DNA of 62,387 bases, filler included, from Rhabdomonas costata (Eukaryota): assembly GCA_019059605.1 (NCBI GenBank). It is 27 parts of 27 records of this genome, joined end to end, with 100 filler letters (N's around TTAATTAATTAA, not from the genome) between each part and the next. Parts side by side here need not be neighbours in the genome. Positions count along the whole stretch, not along the records: positions 37,047 to 39,260 come from JAHMHO010004805.1; positions 39,361 to 41,572 come from JAHMHO010004806.1; positions 41,673 to 43,884 come from JAHMHO010004807.1; positions 43,985 to 46,197 come from JAHMHO010004808.1; positions 46,298 to 48,508 come from JAHMHO010004809.1; positions 48,609 to 50,821 come from JAHMHO010004810.1; positions 50,922 to 53,133 come from JAHMHO010004811.1; 20 more parts are not named here. The stretch is one strand, 5' to 3'. The position numbers and the translations under genes were made by a program. Within the stretch, counting starts at the first letter, position 1. The number at the start of each line of letters is the position of its first letter. Below, one piece after another: positions 38,485 to 51,864 of the stretch. The notes beneath the pieces are model-generated. The model did not search any database, was not told the DNA's origin, and worked only from the letters and a program-made list of their open reading frames with translations.

Positions 38485-39360
38485 GTTAGTGTGGTTCCTG
38501 TACCCTTCCACGAACCCAGCAGAGGTGCTTCCCACAGCACGCCACCACAACCTCCGCCTCCTTGCACTCCGTTCAGAATTTCGAAACTAAGGGCCGATCT
38601 TATGAATTTTGGTGATCTCGGGCGTTGCCATTATGTACTAGCGAAGGATCGAAAGTACAATGTTTTTATTGTACTTCGGGATTGGTCCAAAACAGAAGCC
38701 GAAGTCTGTTTTTTTTTCTGTCCAAACCTTCCTTCGCGGTCCTTTTAGCTGAGAATTTAAGGAGCGCAATCACATGTGCCAAAATCTTTGTGATCATAGT
38801 TCACAGTATTTATGCACAAATACTTCGAACCATTTTTGACCCATACCTTTTCGCATATGCCCTCCATATGACCTCCAGGGTGAGAAACTCTGTTGGCGCC
38901 CGCGCACCACTCCTCCAGGTAAAAAGACAATGTTCGGCCACGTGACCTGCCTCTTTCAGCACCAATATTGTCTAAATTTTGGGGGGCGAGGCCATCCACC
39001 TTCTCGCACGTTTTACCACATGTATAACGTGAAGATGTTACACACATATTCACGTTAGAGCACAGCCGTTGCCTTTGAAGAGACAGTGTGTCGTGAGGCG
39101 GGTTGAGCAGAAGCAAGCCTGGTGTCTTTTGTATTTACACCAGGCCTCCCGAGAATGCCTTGTCAAGTGTCGCTTGTTGTTCGCTCATTTGTTGTGCCGA
39201 TGTGGTTTGTCTGAGCTGTCCCTCGCTATTTCAGTTTCGGCTGCCCATGCCCCCCCCCCCNNNNNNNNNNNNNNNNNNNNNNNNNNNNNNNNNNNNNNNN
39301 NNNNTTAATTAATTAANNNNNNNNNNNNNNNNNNNNNNNNNNNNNNNNNNNNNNNNNNNN

Positions 39361-40961
39361 GTTTTGGGGGATTCAGTCCCGTCACCCTTCCCGTCAATCG
39401 AATAACACAAACCTGTAAGATACAGAGCGTTTCTGTTCGCACTGAATGCCCTGTTCACACGAGCCAATGCCATCACGGGAGTACGCAGCGTCTCGAAGGA
39501 AACCATCCAAGGACATCGCACGCCCAATCGCAGCTTTTGTAAAACATAGATCTCATGATGTCCCACGAGCCTGGAGTTGGCAGCTCGAGCGCGCGGTAGC
39601 TAGCAGCCATCACTATTTGCAGTGATGACCAGACCACGCCACTTCAACTTCCATCAGCAGTGGGCGATGCCGAAGTACCCCGAAATGAGGGCCTCAGTGG
39701 GGACAAGAGGAGAGTACATCACCGCTGGAAACTGGGTCACCACTTCCGTTTTGCACAGGCTCACTCCAGGTAGGGCTCAGCAACCGTGCGAAGCAGGAGC
39801 AAGCGCAATCGAGGTGCTGCGTATGCTGCTGCGCCCACGCACAGCAGACCAAGAATTATCACGGCAAAGGCTTCCATGGGGAGCCCGAACAGTACCCGAG
39901 AAATCACTGCACAAACCGCAACGAAAAGGACAAAGCCATGATAGCACTTGCATGGAAAAAAGCAACAATTGGTGATCCACATACCAAAAACCGAATGAGA
40001 AACCACACGACACTATCAACTAAAGCCGAAAATGGACGGAAAAATCAAACGGCAAGACATTCAGGATAAAATCCAATCGGACACCCGACGCAATCCAAAT
40101 CTAGCAAGAAAAATCCGAACCGCACATTAGGTGGGGAGCAAATCAAGGAACTGGAGGCCCAGCAGAAACCCAGCCTGTCCAGAAATCTTACTGGGTTCCA
40201 GTGGCCACGCTAATTGTCACAGTGCTCCGCAAATCCAATGAAAAGCGTGCCTCTCTGTTAGGCTATGGCAGTCATAGCAGAGCAACTGACAAGCAAAGCG
40301 GTCAGGCACCACACACGAATCTGAAGTAAAAGAGGTTGAGTGTACCTATGTTGTAGACGATGGGCTGCTGCATCCTTTCGGGAAGAGGGCTGAAGGACCC
40401 GGCACTGTCATCATGCACCAGGCGAAGCCAAAACCGGGGCACCTCCAAAGACTGCATGTCCGAGGGGACCTGTGCGTCACCGCCGTGAGAATCACTCCTA
40501 TCCGCCCGCCTCATGCCTCGGTTAGTCTCGTCTGGGTAGTCTTTGCACAACCTCTGCAGTCAGCTAAGTGCGGAATTGCGCCCAAGCACTGACGTGCAGT
40601 CGGGCTCATGTCCCAGTTCAAAAAGCATAGGATCAGAACACCCCCTTGGAACCGCAAGAGTCTAGGGAAAAGTCCTCAAGGTACCAAATTTAGACGCTGA
40701 GACACTACCAGCTGTCAGCTGTCAGCAAAAGCACCACCATCCCAGGCCCCCACGTTGCTCAATGCGCCAGTTGGGTTCGGGTCCACCGGTCCAGTCTGCT
40801 CCACTGTGACAACGAGTCAGGAACTAAAAAGGCGGGAGTCCGAAACCTGTATTTTCGCGGCTCGGTCCGTGACGAAGCGCACTTGGTACACGTCCAGAAG
40901 CCTGCGGCCTGTTCCAGGCGGCTCTTCCTGGAACTTCACCTCGAACACAGCCCACCGAGTC
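39361..40961 (-). CDS. Hypothetical protein exons
   Basis: cag|TRWAVFEVKFQEEPPGTGRRLLDVYQVRFVTDRAAKIQ|gt (40847-40960) plus further exon-like blocks at 40345-40470 and 39400-39570. Confidence 0.4.
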
Positions 40962-41789
40962 TGAGGAAAGCCAAACAACAGCGTAACTTCTTTAAACGGT
41001 CAATATTGCAGTGCCGGTTGCCAATTACTGCCTCCCAAGTCAGACATAGTCCAGGAGTTCCAGCGGAGTAAACCAACCTTGGTGGCGGACATTTGGGTCT
41101 AACACCAACTTTTTTGGGCTAGGGGCCTGTTACACCATTAAATGCTATTGTTAAAAAGATGAAAAGAAGGATGCTGATCTGCAGAGCAGCTACATGAAGA
41201 GGCGGCGGGGGTGGCGGGGTAGCTAAGATGCCCCCCCCCCAGCAACAAGTTCAGCAGAAATGCCAAGAAAAAGAAAGCTACAGCACAAAAAAAACCAATG
41301 CAAAAATTCGTCATTCCGCAACCCATTCCAAAAAGTCCCAAAAGGAACGCATCTCAACGCACACTTTACCCGCTGCTAAAAAGTAAAAACATCCACAAAT
41401 GCAAACACACACAGAAACACGCAAAAAGAACAGTTCTATAATAATTAGATCCGAAAGATCGGGAAAAGCGACGGCAAGCGTGAAAAATCATAAGGTGGCA
41501 TTAAACAAACGTTGCTAAATGTCAACCACAGGCACAGAGACAACTAGAGACGATTACGCTTCCAACAACACCNNNNNNNNNNNNNNNNNNNNNNNNNNNN
41601 NNNNNNNNNNNNNNNNTTAATTAATTAANNNNNNNNNNNNNNNNNNNNNNNNNNNNNNNNNNNNNNNNNNNNTGTGGGGTTGAAGGGAGTGAATCCGATG
41701 AAAAAGGTAGCACATAAGAACTGAACTGAGAAGGAACCTCTATATCCTATCTGTTCAACCCTTGAAGTTATGAAGGATGCGCGAAAATA

Positions 41790-43319
41790 TCTAATGTGAA
41801 GCGCTCAAAACTCAACCTCGTCATTGCTTCGACAACGACACTCGACAGAACTTCAGACATTTCACCAAATGCGACCCCGCAGAGCAGAAGAGCTGAGCTG
41901 CTGGTGTGCGCTGGGCTTCCTGCGTAGCACAAACCTTCGAAGACAAGTCCCTTGACTCGGATCGCAGCAATGGTGACACTTCTGAACTGAAGCGTCCCAC
42001 GCTGTGCGGCGCGAAGTGTACCCGAGGATCCCGAGGAAGCTGTGGTGGTCCTCCGCTGCTCCCGCCGAACCGAGCGTCGATGCTGCTGCTCTCGGGGTGC
42101 ATCCAGGCACTCGGCTTGCCCGGCATGGCTCCCGTGCTCGGAATCCAACGGAACCACCGACTCGCACGACTCGCTGTGGATATCATAGCCACGAGATGAG
42201 CCCCCGAAGGAGCGCCGGACCTTCGCGGGCTTCGCCGCAGTGCCTTTGGAATGCTCCGCTGCCACCGCCGCCGTGGGGCTGCCTCCGGGGCTCCCCGCGT
42301 CGCCCTCGTCGCAGAAGAACACCGCAGCAGGGATGAAGGGCTTCCAGTCCCGGATTCGCAGCACGATCGTGAATAAGGCCTTCTGCAGCGCAGGGGCGTC
42401 CGCCGCGGGCGCCACGATGGAGTCCAGGTCGAAGCTCACCACCTTCTGCGTCACTATCTCGACCTGCTTCTGCAGCTCCTCGTGCTCCTTCATTCGGGTG
42501 CCGAGGGCGGCCATGATGTACCCTGAGACGTTCAAAGCGTGCACTGATCATGCAACCAAAACACCGTGCTCTGAGTAAAGAATAAAAGAATACAGGGACC
42601 AGCCAGGATACATGAGGCAATCTTGCGCCCATAGACTGGACCGTGAGAGCCTCTCGACATGAAACAGGGGCGATGCTGTTTTAACCAAGCTCCAAAGTAA
42701 AAGGAGGAGAGAAAGCCAAACGGAACACCAAAGAATATGAAGTTGAGGGTCTGCAGCTGAACGATGTTGATGAACCAGTGCCACGACCTAAGCGTCGGGG
42801 AGAGCTCTGGGACGAAGTGGTGGCTCACCACCGCCCATTGAAACAGAGGCTGCTCAAGGGCCACAAATGCCGCCACAGCCGCGATGCCCACCAGGTAGAT
42901 CAGCAGCCCAACAACCGCTCGTCGAGTGATGCAAACCCATATCAGCGGAGAGACAAACGCGTAGTGGGGGACGTAACCCGCGTTACTGAAGCCCCCGCAT
43001 ACCGTCGCCATGCAGCTGCTTGCAAAGATGGGCATCGCCGTGACGATCCAGGTGGGAACCATGTGGGGTGAGTCTTGCAATACAGCGCAAAAGCGACGAA
43101 GATCGGACTTGTGCCTGCCACCAGCGTGGTTCCTGCTGCCCAGGGCATTCCACTGAACAGATAGAGCAGCACACAAACCATCGGACCTCCCCCCATCAGC
43201 GCAAGCATAATCACAAGCAGCACTCGCTTCTGCCGCACGGTCTCCTCGCTGTCGGAGTCTAGCATCCCAAGGTGGAGGTACTTGTTGAGCAAGGCTTGCA
43301 CGAATCTTGGCAGGCCCAT
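41790..43319 (-). CDS. Multi-transmembrane receptor-type class III nucleotidyl-cyclase-like protein, 5' part, with apparent frameshift near 43070
   Basis: Several TM helices, a coiled-coil segment, RDWKPFIPAAVF, a Ser-rich linker, then QFRSVTIAAIRVKG resembling the first cyclase strand; catalytic residues are not visible. Confidence 0.55.
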
Positions 43320-44725
43320 TGTTTGCGGCTTAAAAAAGATGTCTTACACAGTGGAAACAGTGCAAGCCCAATGCAGTTAACGGATTCTCGTAAGGACGAT
43401 TTAACGATCCTTTAAGGAGCTTTAATATCGATCGAACGAGGTCTGAATCCAGGCACTCACACATCTTCCCCGTTGGGGTTTTTCCCGTTTCCGGGGCTCC
43501 CTTGGGCAGGCTCGAAAAAGATGGGAGACCCATGCGGTCGCACTTGCTTTTGTTAAAGCCGAGGAGCGTCAACAACGGGAGTGTGCCAACTGTCGGCTTC
43601 CGCGAGTTCAGCGATCCCAGACCTTCATTTCAGCAAAGGTTGGGTTTGAAGCTGGGGCTATACCTCCGGAGACTGGGATTCCCCTGAAAGAAGGGCCCTG
43701 TGGGGGCTGACACCGGGGATCCCGGGTTTGGCGGCTGGCCTTCGCACCTGAAACAATTCAACCCCTATTGTATTGCAATCACCTGGAAACCGTTCATCTC
43801 CATTCTGGGGCAATAGTCACGCAGGTCCACTGCGCCCACAGACACTTTGCCACCCACGCCACCCCCCGCTTCGGCCGCGCCGCGNNNNNNNNNNNNNNNN
43901 NNNNNNNNNNNNNNNNNNNNNNNNNNNNTTAATTAATTAANNNNNNNNNNNNNNNNNNNNNNNNNNNNNNNNNNNNNNNNNNNNGTGTGGGGGTTGCTTT
44001 CTAATTATTGGAGCCCTCGCAGCAATTAGAAAGCAACCGCCATCCCGAGACCCTAAGACTCGGGCCTATGCACCTACCTTGACCCACCTGCTCTCTCGCC
44101 TGTAACTTAAGCTGGGCTAAGCGGCTGGGGTGATCCTAGGTTACCGAGGAAGCAGACGTGTTCTTACAGCTCTGCAGCCCGCTGGCGACAGCCCATCCTG
44201 GTTGATGGCCGAGCGTAAGATTGACGTGAAGGTGAGGCATGTGGGGAAGAGGGTCGGGTATTTACACGACACACAGGGAGAGGCAAAGAAGCAAGAGAGA
44301 GAGAGAGAGAGAAGATCGCGGCAAAGATGGCTCGAGGGAACATATCAGAGAGCATGCCAACATCAACGGCCCCCCCACTAACGGAGGGAAGGAAAGGGAA
44401 GATGGAGGGGGAACAAGGAGTTTTCTGAATCATAGACAGACATACACACCCAAAAGAGCAAAAAAAAAGAACGGGCGGGAGGGACAAGACATACAGAAGA
44501 TGGAGTGAGAAGAAGGAACCAAACGGCGCAGGAGAGAGGAAAGAAAAGCCGGAGAGCAACATGCCACAGGTAGACAGCCAACACACGGGGGCAAAAAGCA
44601 GCGTGCTCAACGGGGCAGAGCTCAGCGCCCTCCCCAACTTTGATGGTCAGTTCCATGAAACAAGGCGAGAAAGCAGTGGACAAGGGCAGTGGACACAGTG
44701 AGGCGCTCTGTGGGGAGGGTTGCTC

Positions 44726-45880
44726 TCACCGGCTGGGTGGGGGCTGCGCAGCGGAGTAGGAGGTTGGGGTGCCATTGCGGATTAGGGGCAGCGTGGTGGT
44801 CCCCCCGGCGTAGCTGGCGGTGGAGCGGTTCAGGCTCCTCACAAAATCCTTTGTCTCCTGAAGCTGTGATTTGATCGTCTCCAGTTCCTGAAGAGGACGA
44901 GCGCAAGTGATGATCAATAAAAGAAACCTCCCCCCCTCCCCCAATGAAGAAGGGGAACCAATGGCTCAGGGAGAAAAGAAACGCTACCTCGTATACACCA
45001 CGGCAGCACAGAAAACAGGAGGGGTTGAAGATGGCGGTACATGTTCTAGAACCGAGAAGTGAGTGGGACGACAATACCCAGAAGGGTAGACAGGTTCGCA
45101 GCGGCGAGAACGGTGATTTTTCTATTTCCTCGTTCTATCTTTTCTGAAAAGCCCTACCCAAGCATTCACATGGCAGCCTTCCTGCACACACACACACACA
45201 CAAACACTCCTCAAAAGAATGGCGTAAAAACACGAAGGGAAAGGCAACGAGGGGTCTTACGGCGGAACCCAGATCCAGGAACACTGTCAGAAATGGTGAC
45301 GACCGATTAGCTGCACGCGTTTTCCACCAGTGAGAAGCATTTTCTGCTCATTCGTCTGGTGTGGCAATTTACCCATGTCAAATCAACTTCTTCGCATCGC
45401 AGGGGGTGACGGGAAGAGAAGCGTTTTTCTTTTTCTGGACGTGGGCAGCAATGACGACTCTCTTCTGAAAGTGCCCCAGAACACCTCTGCCTTGCGCGGG
45501 AGAGGGGGAGGGGCTCACCGAACTCTCCCAAACTGCTGTGACACAGTGGGGGCCTGTGTGCTTACAAACCAAGGCCCTTCGCTCCCTGTTTTGAGAAGTT
45601 GTGAGGACGAGCAATATCTGCGAGGTGCAGAGCGGGTCCTATGGGCTGCGCCACCCCACATCTGTCCGGGCAGATCAACAACGCCGTCGTGAGCTTGCTG
45701 AGTGTTGCCAACAAACACCTATCCGATGCGTCTGTGTGTGCCGCCGTGGTCCACACCGCTTTGATGGGCAGAGCGTCGACGTGCCCAGTGGCGATGGCCT
45801 TGTACTCCACCATCTTCGCCTTCGTCTCCAGCTCCAGCTCCTGCTGCTCCGCGGAGGGGTGCACAAAGTCAATCCCTGCA
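44726..45880 (-). CDS. Coiled-coil hypothetical protein exons
   Basis: IDFVHPSAEQQELELETKAKMVEYKAIATGHVDALPIK and cag|ELETIKSQLQETKDFVRSLNRS.... Confidence 0.4.
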
Positions 45881-46313
45881 CCGACGCAGTGCCGACTCAC
45901 AATGCCCATGCCGTACCACGCGCAGCTAAACGCATTTTGAAAACGAGGATGCGGTTGGGAGCGGTTTGCTCTGAGTATGTGCGTGGGTTACTGTGAAGGA
46001 GGGGGAAATAAATATGTGCTGCCCAGGCGGCTGTCGAAGTGGGCACTGTTATACGGGGGGTACAGTATCTTGCCAAGAACCAAAAAATTGTAAATCAATA
46101 AAAGGAGTTTCGGGTTTTTTCAAAAAGAAAATCGTACTGTTTTGTAACTATATAAAAATTTCCACCCGAAAAAATTCGAGAAAAAAAACCCGGCCAANNN
46201 NNNNNNNNNNNNNNNNNNNNNNNNNNNNNNNNNNNNNNNNNTTAATTAATTAANNNNNNNNNNNNNNNNNNNNNNNNNNNNNNNNNNNNNNNNNNNNTGT
46301 GGGTTGTCTTGAT

Positions 46314-47424
46314 TTACCAAGGTATCACGGTCCCCTTTACAGGAAGCCTCTCGATGCTCTCCCCCAGCCGCTGAAGGGCGGCGATGGCAAAGCTTTCGCC
46401 CACCGCGGCAGCCTTCCGGTACCACTGGAGAGCCACCTCCATGTTCTTTTCGACTCCTACGCCCTTCTCGTAGCACTCTCCCACACTAAACGCGCCCCAA
46501 GAGCAGCCCGCAGCACTTCCTGCGGCCCTTGTGTAATACTCGAAGGCGAGTTTTGGATCCTTGGTGACCACGATTCCATTCTCGTAGAAACACCCAAGCC
46601 GTTGCTGGGCAAGGTCGCTGCCACGAGCTGCACACAGGAGGTACCACTTGAGAGCTGTGGCCTCGTCCTTGGGCACGCCAATACCATTTTCGTGGCAAAA
46701 CCCCAAGCTGAACATCGCTGAGAGGAGGCCTTGGGCGGCTGCCTTGCGATAGAACACCACACCAGCAGGCTCGTCCTTTGTCACATCATAGCCCTTCTTC
46801 AGGCAGTAGCCCAGATTTCGCTGCCCGTGGGCGTATCCCTGAGCTGCGGCCTTGCGGTACCATTCGACAGCAGCGGTGAAATCTTTTTCCAAGCCGAAGC
46901 CCTTCTCGTGATACAGTCCCAAAAGGTTTTGTGCTGCGGGCAAACCCTTCTCCGCGGCCTTCCTGCACCACAACACTGCGGCATCAGGATCAGCGGGGAC
47001 TCCACTCCTGCTACGCGAGTAGCAAAACGAGAGGTTCAGCTGGGCTGGAGGGAAGTCCTGCCTGGAGGCCTTCAAAAACCATTGCATAGCTGCAGCCGTA
47101 TCCTCCTCAACACGAGGCGCAAACATGGAGCCAAACTGAAGGCACAGTCCGGACACCCATTGTCCCAGGACGCTGCCCGTCTCTGCAATGGCAAGGACTT
47201 TTTGTAATGAGATTTGAGGAGTGTCGTAGAGAGAGAGCCAGAGCTCATATAAAGCTTCCGCCAAAGGAAAGGTGGTCATGGCTTCAACTCCCAGGGCATC
47301 ACAGGCGTTTCGGAGTCTATCTTTATCTCCGATGAGGTTGGTGTCGTGGGCAAGGTGAATTGCTAGAAGAACTTGTGCAACGGCGTTGCCCTGGGCAGCT
47401 TCCACTTGAAGAGCAGGAACGCCA
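46314..47424 (-). CDS. Sel1-like repeat protein (long terminal exon)
   Basis: About 7 repeats of AQ.nLG.cye.G.Gv.kD...A..Wy.kAA.qG; probable acceptor ttgcag at 47425. Confidence 0.95.
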
Positions 47425-49859
47425 CTGCAATAAATGCAATATATTTCGCATCGAAAGGGAACAGACACAAGTAAGGGCTAAGCGCGCCACGCGCAGCGCT
47501 AAGGGGTCCCGAAACGAAACGAAACGAAGGGGTTGGCTGTCTTCATTTTCCTAATCTTTCTCGGACATTCGTCCGGTAATGAACGGTTTGCTAGGGAGTA
47601 GTAAAAACCCCTAAAACAGGACGAAAAAGGGTGGCTGGAGTGTCTACGAATGCGCGAAACGCCCTTAAAAACGCGACCTCAAAAGCATCAAGACCAGTGG
47701 GTCGATTTTTCACCCTGATGACACATTTTGGACCATATCGGTGGATGCCCTCGTTTTAAAGTCAAAAGCGCGATTTTCTTTTTTGCTTTTTTCTTTCGAA
47801 TTTTTGCTAAGTCCTTTGGGGGGTCCCAAAAATTGTCATGAGGGTGTAGGCGGTTCGAAAAATTTAAAGCATCGAATTTTTTGTTCCGACCTTTTCCATC
47901 ATCGATTCACCCTCCATAATATGCGGACTGAAGCACCTACGAAGGATGGAAACGCTGATCACTTCTCACAAAAAACGCAAAAATTTGTGACAGACATCGG
48001 ACAGAAAGAAATATACACAGACATTTTTTTTTGCTTTATCGTGTATCCTCCTCTAAGTCTGTTGCTCAAACGGAACACCATTTTGGTTTGGGCTAACAAG
48101 AAATACAATTCACAAATTGTGGGGCTATTAGCACAGTACTGAATGCACTTGACGAGTCACATCATGAGGTCGCGTGGGAATGATAAAAAACAACGGAAAA
48201 CCAAGCAACAGCGCAGGTGGCTCAAACACAAACCATGCAGATAGGCGCTCAAAATCCTTGTGTCCTTTTTCAGGATGAGCCTGAATAAAAGGCCAAAACA
48301 AATCCCAAACCCAGAAGGAGGAGAATATGAAGAAGAACGAAAACGAAAACTGTCCAAATACCTTGGAAGACAAACCCACACAAACTTCTTTCTTGTCTGA
48401 AGGAGCGCAGTCTGAAGCAGCCATACCATTTAGCTTCGACATTTTCCAGAAATGACAGCAATGCAGGGTATCAGTGCAGGCCAGGACACAGTGCTGGAAC
48501 ACACAAACNNNNNNNNNNNNNNNNNNNNNNNNNNNNNNNNNNNNNNNNNNNNTTAATTAATTAANNNNNNNNNNNNNNNNNNNNNNNNNNNNNNNNNNNN
48601 NNNNNNNNGGGGTGTTGTGGTCCTGTATTGTGAAGCTTTTGGGTATAACTTTGTCTGTTTCCAAACCGGCGTTCATTCATATTCTCCGTTAGTTTTAATT
48701 TTTGTAGCTACTGACTAGGCTGTTTTGTTGATCCAGCCATAAATCTGTGGTGAAACTTCTTCGCACCACTAAGGCAAAAAACAGACGCAGCAAGCATCGC
48801 CCTCTTTATGGACAAGTGGTTCCAAACAGAGCAAAAACGCGCGTTGAATACAAATGTGCCGCACAAAACCTAAAGAAAATTGTTTTTGTGCATCCCAAAA
48901 AATAGATAAAGAAAAATCATGATTAATTTCCGTTAATGACTCCAAGGCTTTAAAAAATTCAAATATTAATCACGACTAGAATTGCACATACGCGACACAG
49001 AAAGTACGAAATTAATTTTCCGGATTAACAGCACGCAAATATCACGGTAACACAAATAAACTGCGCACTTTCCAGGAGGCGGAAAAACACGCCAATAAAG
49101 CGCTGAATTTATTTCACAATGCTACTTCTTTTCAACAGCGGTGCGTTAACTAACGTGAACCGTAAACAACAGACGATCAAAAGCTGTGCGTTATAGGTTG
49201 TTTTTGATGTCTCCGAGTGTGCATCACTGCTTCTTTGCGCCAGTTTATCATTCCATAGCCATAAAGAGCGCGATGTTTCTCAACATTTTCATATTTCGGT
49301 GCAAGTGAGTCCATTTGTTCGCATGTTTTATGGTTTCTCCGGTTTTATGCGAGCACTTTCGGTACATTACGCATTCATCTGGCAAAGTTGATACAATACA
49401 AAAACCTCCAAATGAAATCTGGTATTTTTTATTACCCAACATTGTCTTTAGCGGTTTTGTTGTGAAACACCAAATACTCTCACTTTGTAAATTTCCATTT
49501 TTGTGCAAAATGCGGAATAGCTCTTAAACCTGGTAAATTGTGGCTGTTTTAATTGGAAGTTTGTTTAATGAAACAGAAAATTTTAAACTTTAGTTTGGTA
49601 GTTTGCGACCAATTTGAAGAAAAGCATAGGAAAAACATTGCCAACGTCAAGGGATGTTAGACAGACCCAAAGTGAAAAGTCACGCTACGGTCATGCTGAT
49701 CTTCTGTCACCACTGGCCTCACTTCCCAATCTTTACCCTACATCAGCAGCAGAACTTTCAATATAAGGTACTCTGAAACGCACAATTTGAAACATAATCG
49801 AACTTCAGTGTCAGAAAACGCACCAAAAGGTCAGGAATTTCACACTTCCAACATCAGGG

Positions 49860-50821
49860 AACCAGAAATCTCCACAACCTTCAACCAATTGAAACACAAA
49901 GACACAACGTAACAAGAAACACCAATGACACCAACGTACCAAGAAACATAAGCGGAGGTAAAAAGGCAACAAAGACACACATTGATGTCAGAGGCAGCAA
50001 AACACGCCTAGGTAACTGAATTGGAGGCCAAGACACGCAAGCAGACGGAGACTGACACATAGGAAAACAAATGTGCATGGTTGGCGGAGACTGACACAAT
50101 ACCAAGGTCAGGAACACACACGCATGGAATGTAGATAGAGGAACCAACATTGAAACAGTAACAACGCATAGAGTCAATGTCAGCAACACCAAAACACAAA
50201 TTGATAGGTAACCCGCCCATCTAAATATTGAAACACTCAGCAACTGGTAATACAAATGCTGGAACCACAATTAGGAAAACCATACACAAAAGAGAAACCC
50301 AAGGCACGAACACCACAACACACAGCAGTAGCGAGTAGCAGACACATCAGCAGCAAGGACAAAAAACACAAGAGGGACCACACGCCAACACAAACATTAA
50401 CACTAACACCAACAGACAACAACCCACAGCATGAACCAAACGCAACATCAGCCAGAAGGACACAGCACGAAACACCAACCAACACCAACCAAACAAACAA
50501 GCATTCTGCACCACACCACACCACATTAGACACCACCACCACATACAGTAATCAACTACATATACCATACTAGACACCACTATACATACTACACAGTACC
50601 GTATACACAAAAGAAGAGGAAGAACACACGCGCACGTAAGTAACCCAAGAAATCATCCCACACCACCTATCTCACACCAACCAATGCAGAAGATCAACAC
50701 TACACCCAGCAAACCCAACCACAACTTCAACACCAAAAGCAAACCCATCACAGAAATTACCGGCCAAGAACACCAAGACAACAACACCTGAGACAACAAC
50801 CCCACCACCTAACCAACAAAA
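49860..50821 (+). repeat. C/A-rich low-complexity tract running to the contig end
   Basis: About 960 nt strongly depleted of G and T with no periodic unit. Confidence 0.85.
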
Positions 50822-50921
50822 NNNNNNNNNNNNNNNNNNNNNNNNNNNNNNNNNNNNNNNNNNNNTTAATTAATTAANNNNNNNNNNNNNNNNNNNNNNN
50901 NNNNNNNNNNNNNNNNNNNNN

Positions 50922-51200
50922 TCGCGAGCGCGAAAAAGGCAGGGCCGAGAGGATCGCCTTGTTGGGTGCCTTGGGTGGACAGGAGTTGTTCGGTGCGGCA
51001 GAAGAGAGGAGAGGGCTGACCGTGCGTGAACTCAAACCACGGCAGAAGGTCTGGAAGAAGCTCAGTGAGTGCCGACTGAATCGCGTGGCCGTCAACAGAG
51101 TTGAAGGCGTTAGAGACATCCACATGAAGGACCTGCCACCCTGAGTGGGATTGCAACTGCCGCAAAAGTTTTCGGCTAATCTGCTCGGTTGCACGGGGGG
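50922..51200 (-). mobile_element. Reverse transcriptase fragment of a CRE/SLACS-like non-LTR retrotransposon
   Basis: VLHVDVSNAFNSVD...LLPWFEFTHGQPSPLF...STQGTQQGDPLGPAFFALA, covering the RT DxxNAFNS and GxQQGDPLGP motifs. Confidence 0.93.
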
Positions 51201-51392
51201 TCAAAACAGCAGTCAGTTTGCTCATTGATTATCTTGCATAGCGCCTTTTGTTATTTTTATAGTGGCTGAGTAGGTTATGTGGTTATTTCTTCCCGTGGCC
51301 AGGTTGCCACCGTGTTGTTTCAAAGCAGGCCTTCGTTTAGATCTGAGTTAACCGAACCGGAAGAATTTCTGTAAGGACCGCTGCTGGAGCAC

Positions 51393-51632
51393 CTGGCGAT
51401 ATTTTTCGGTCCAAATTGCAGCCTCAGATGCCATCCTGTGGTATATTGCTCTGTCCACAGCCTTTGGGGCCCCTCCTCTGGGTGGACCTGGGGTACCTCC
51501 TGGTCCTGGAGGCTTTCCCATGATGGGCGGGCCCATGCCCGGAGGTCCGCCAGGCTTCGGGGGTCCCGCCCCGATGGGCTTTGCTGGCCCCCCTGGGTTT
51601 GGGCCGGGACCGGGGGGCTTCGCGGCGAACAT
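51393..51632 (-). CDS. First coding exon of a Pro/Gly-rich N-terminal protein
   Basis: ccttag acceptor, 8 nt, ATG, MFAAKPPGPGPNPGG...AIWTEKYRQ, then a phase-0 donor cag|gtgctc. Confidence 0.65.
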
Positions 51633-51864
51633 CGCTGATCCTAAGGAGGAATGCCGCTGAGTTGAAACGTCTTGCGGGGCTCGGTGTTGTGAAAGGGCAT
51701 TCGGAGCTGGGGTAGTGCTCCATCTGATGGTGGAGGTCATCGTTGTAAGTTGAAGAGGAGTAAATTGGACTCATTTCGTAAAGGCTTCTTTTCACCTTGT
51801 TTTTCTTCGGTCAAGTGAACGTAAAGTGGCATGGTTATGGTGGGGTGGGGCCCCTTGCTTTCAG

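Noticed and set aside
47716..47760. CTGATGA as a hammerhead ribozyme core (also at 580 and 12897)
   Set aside because: No correctly placed GAAA with flanking stems.
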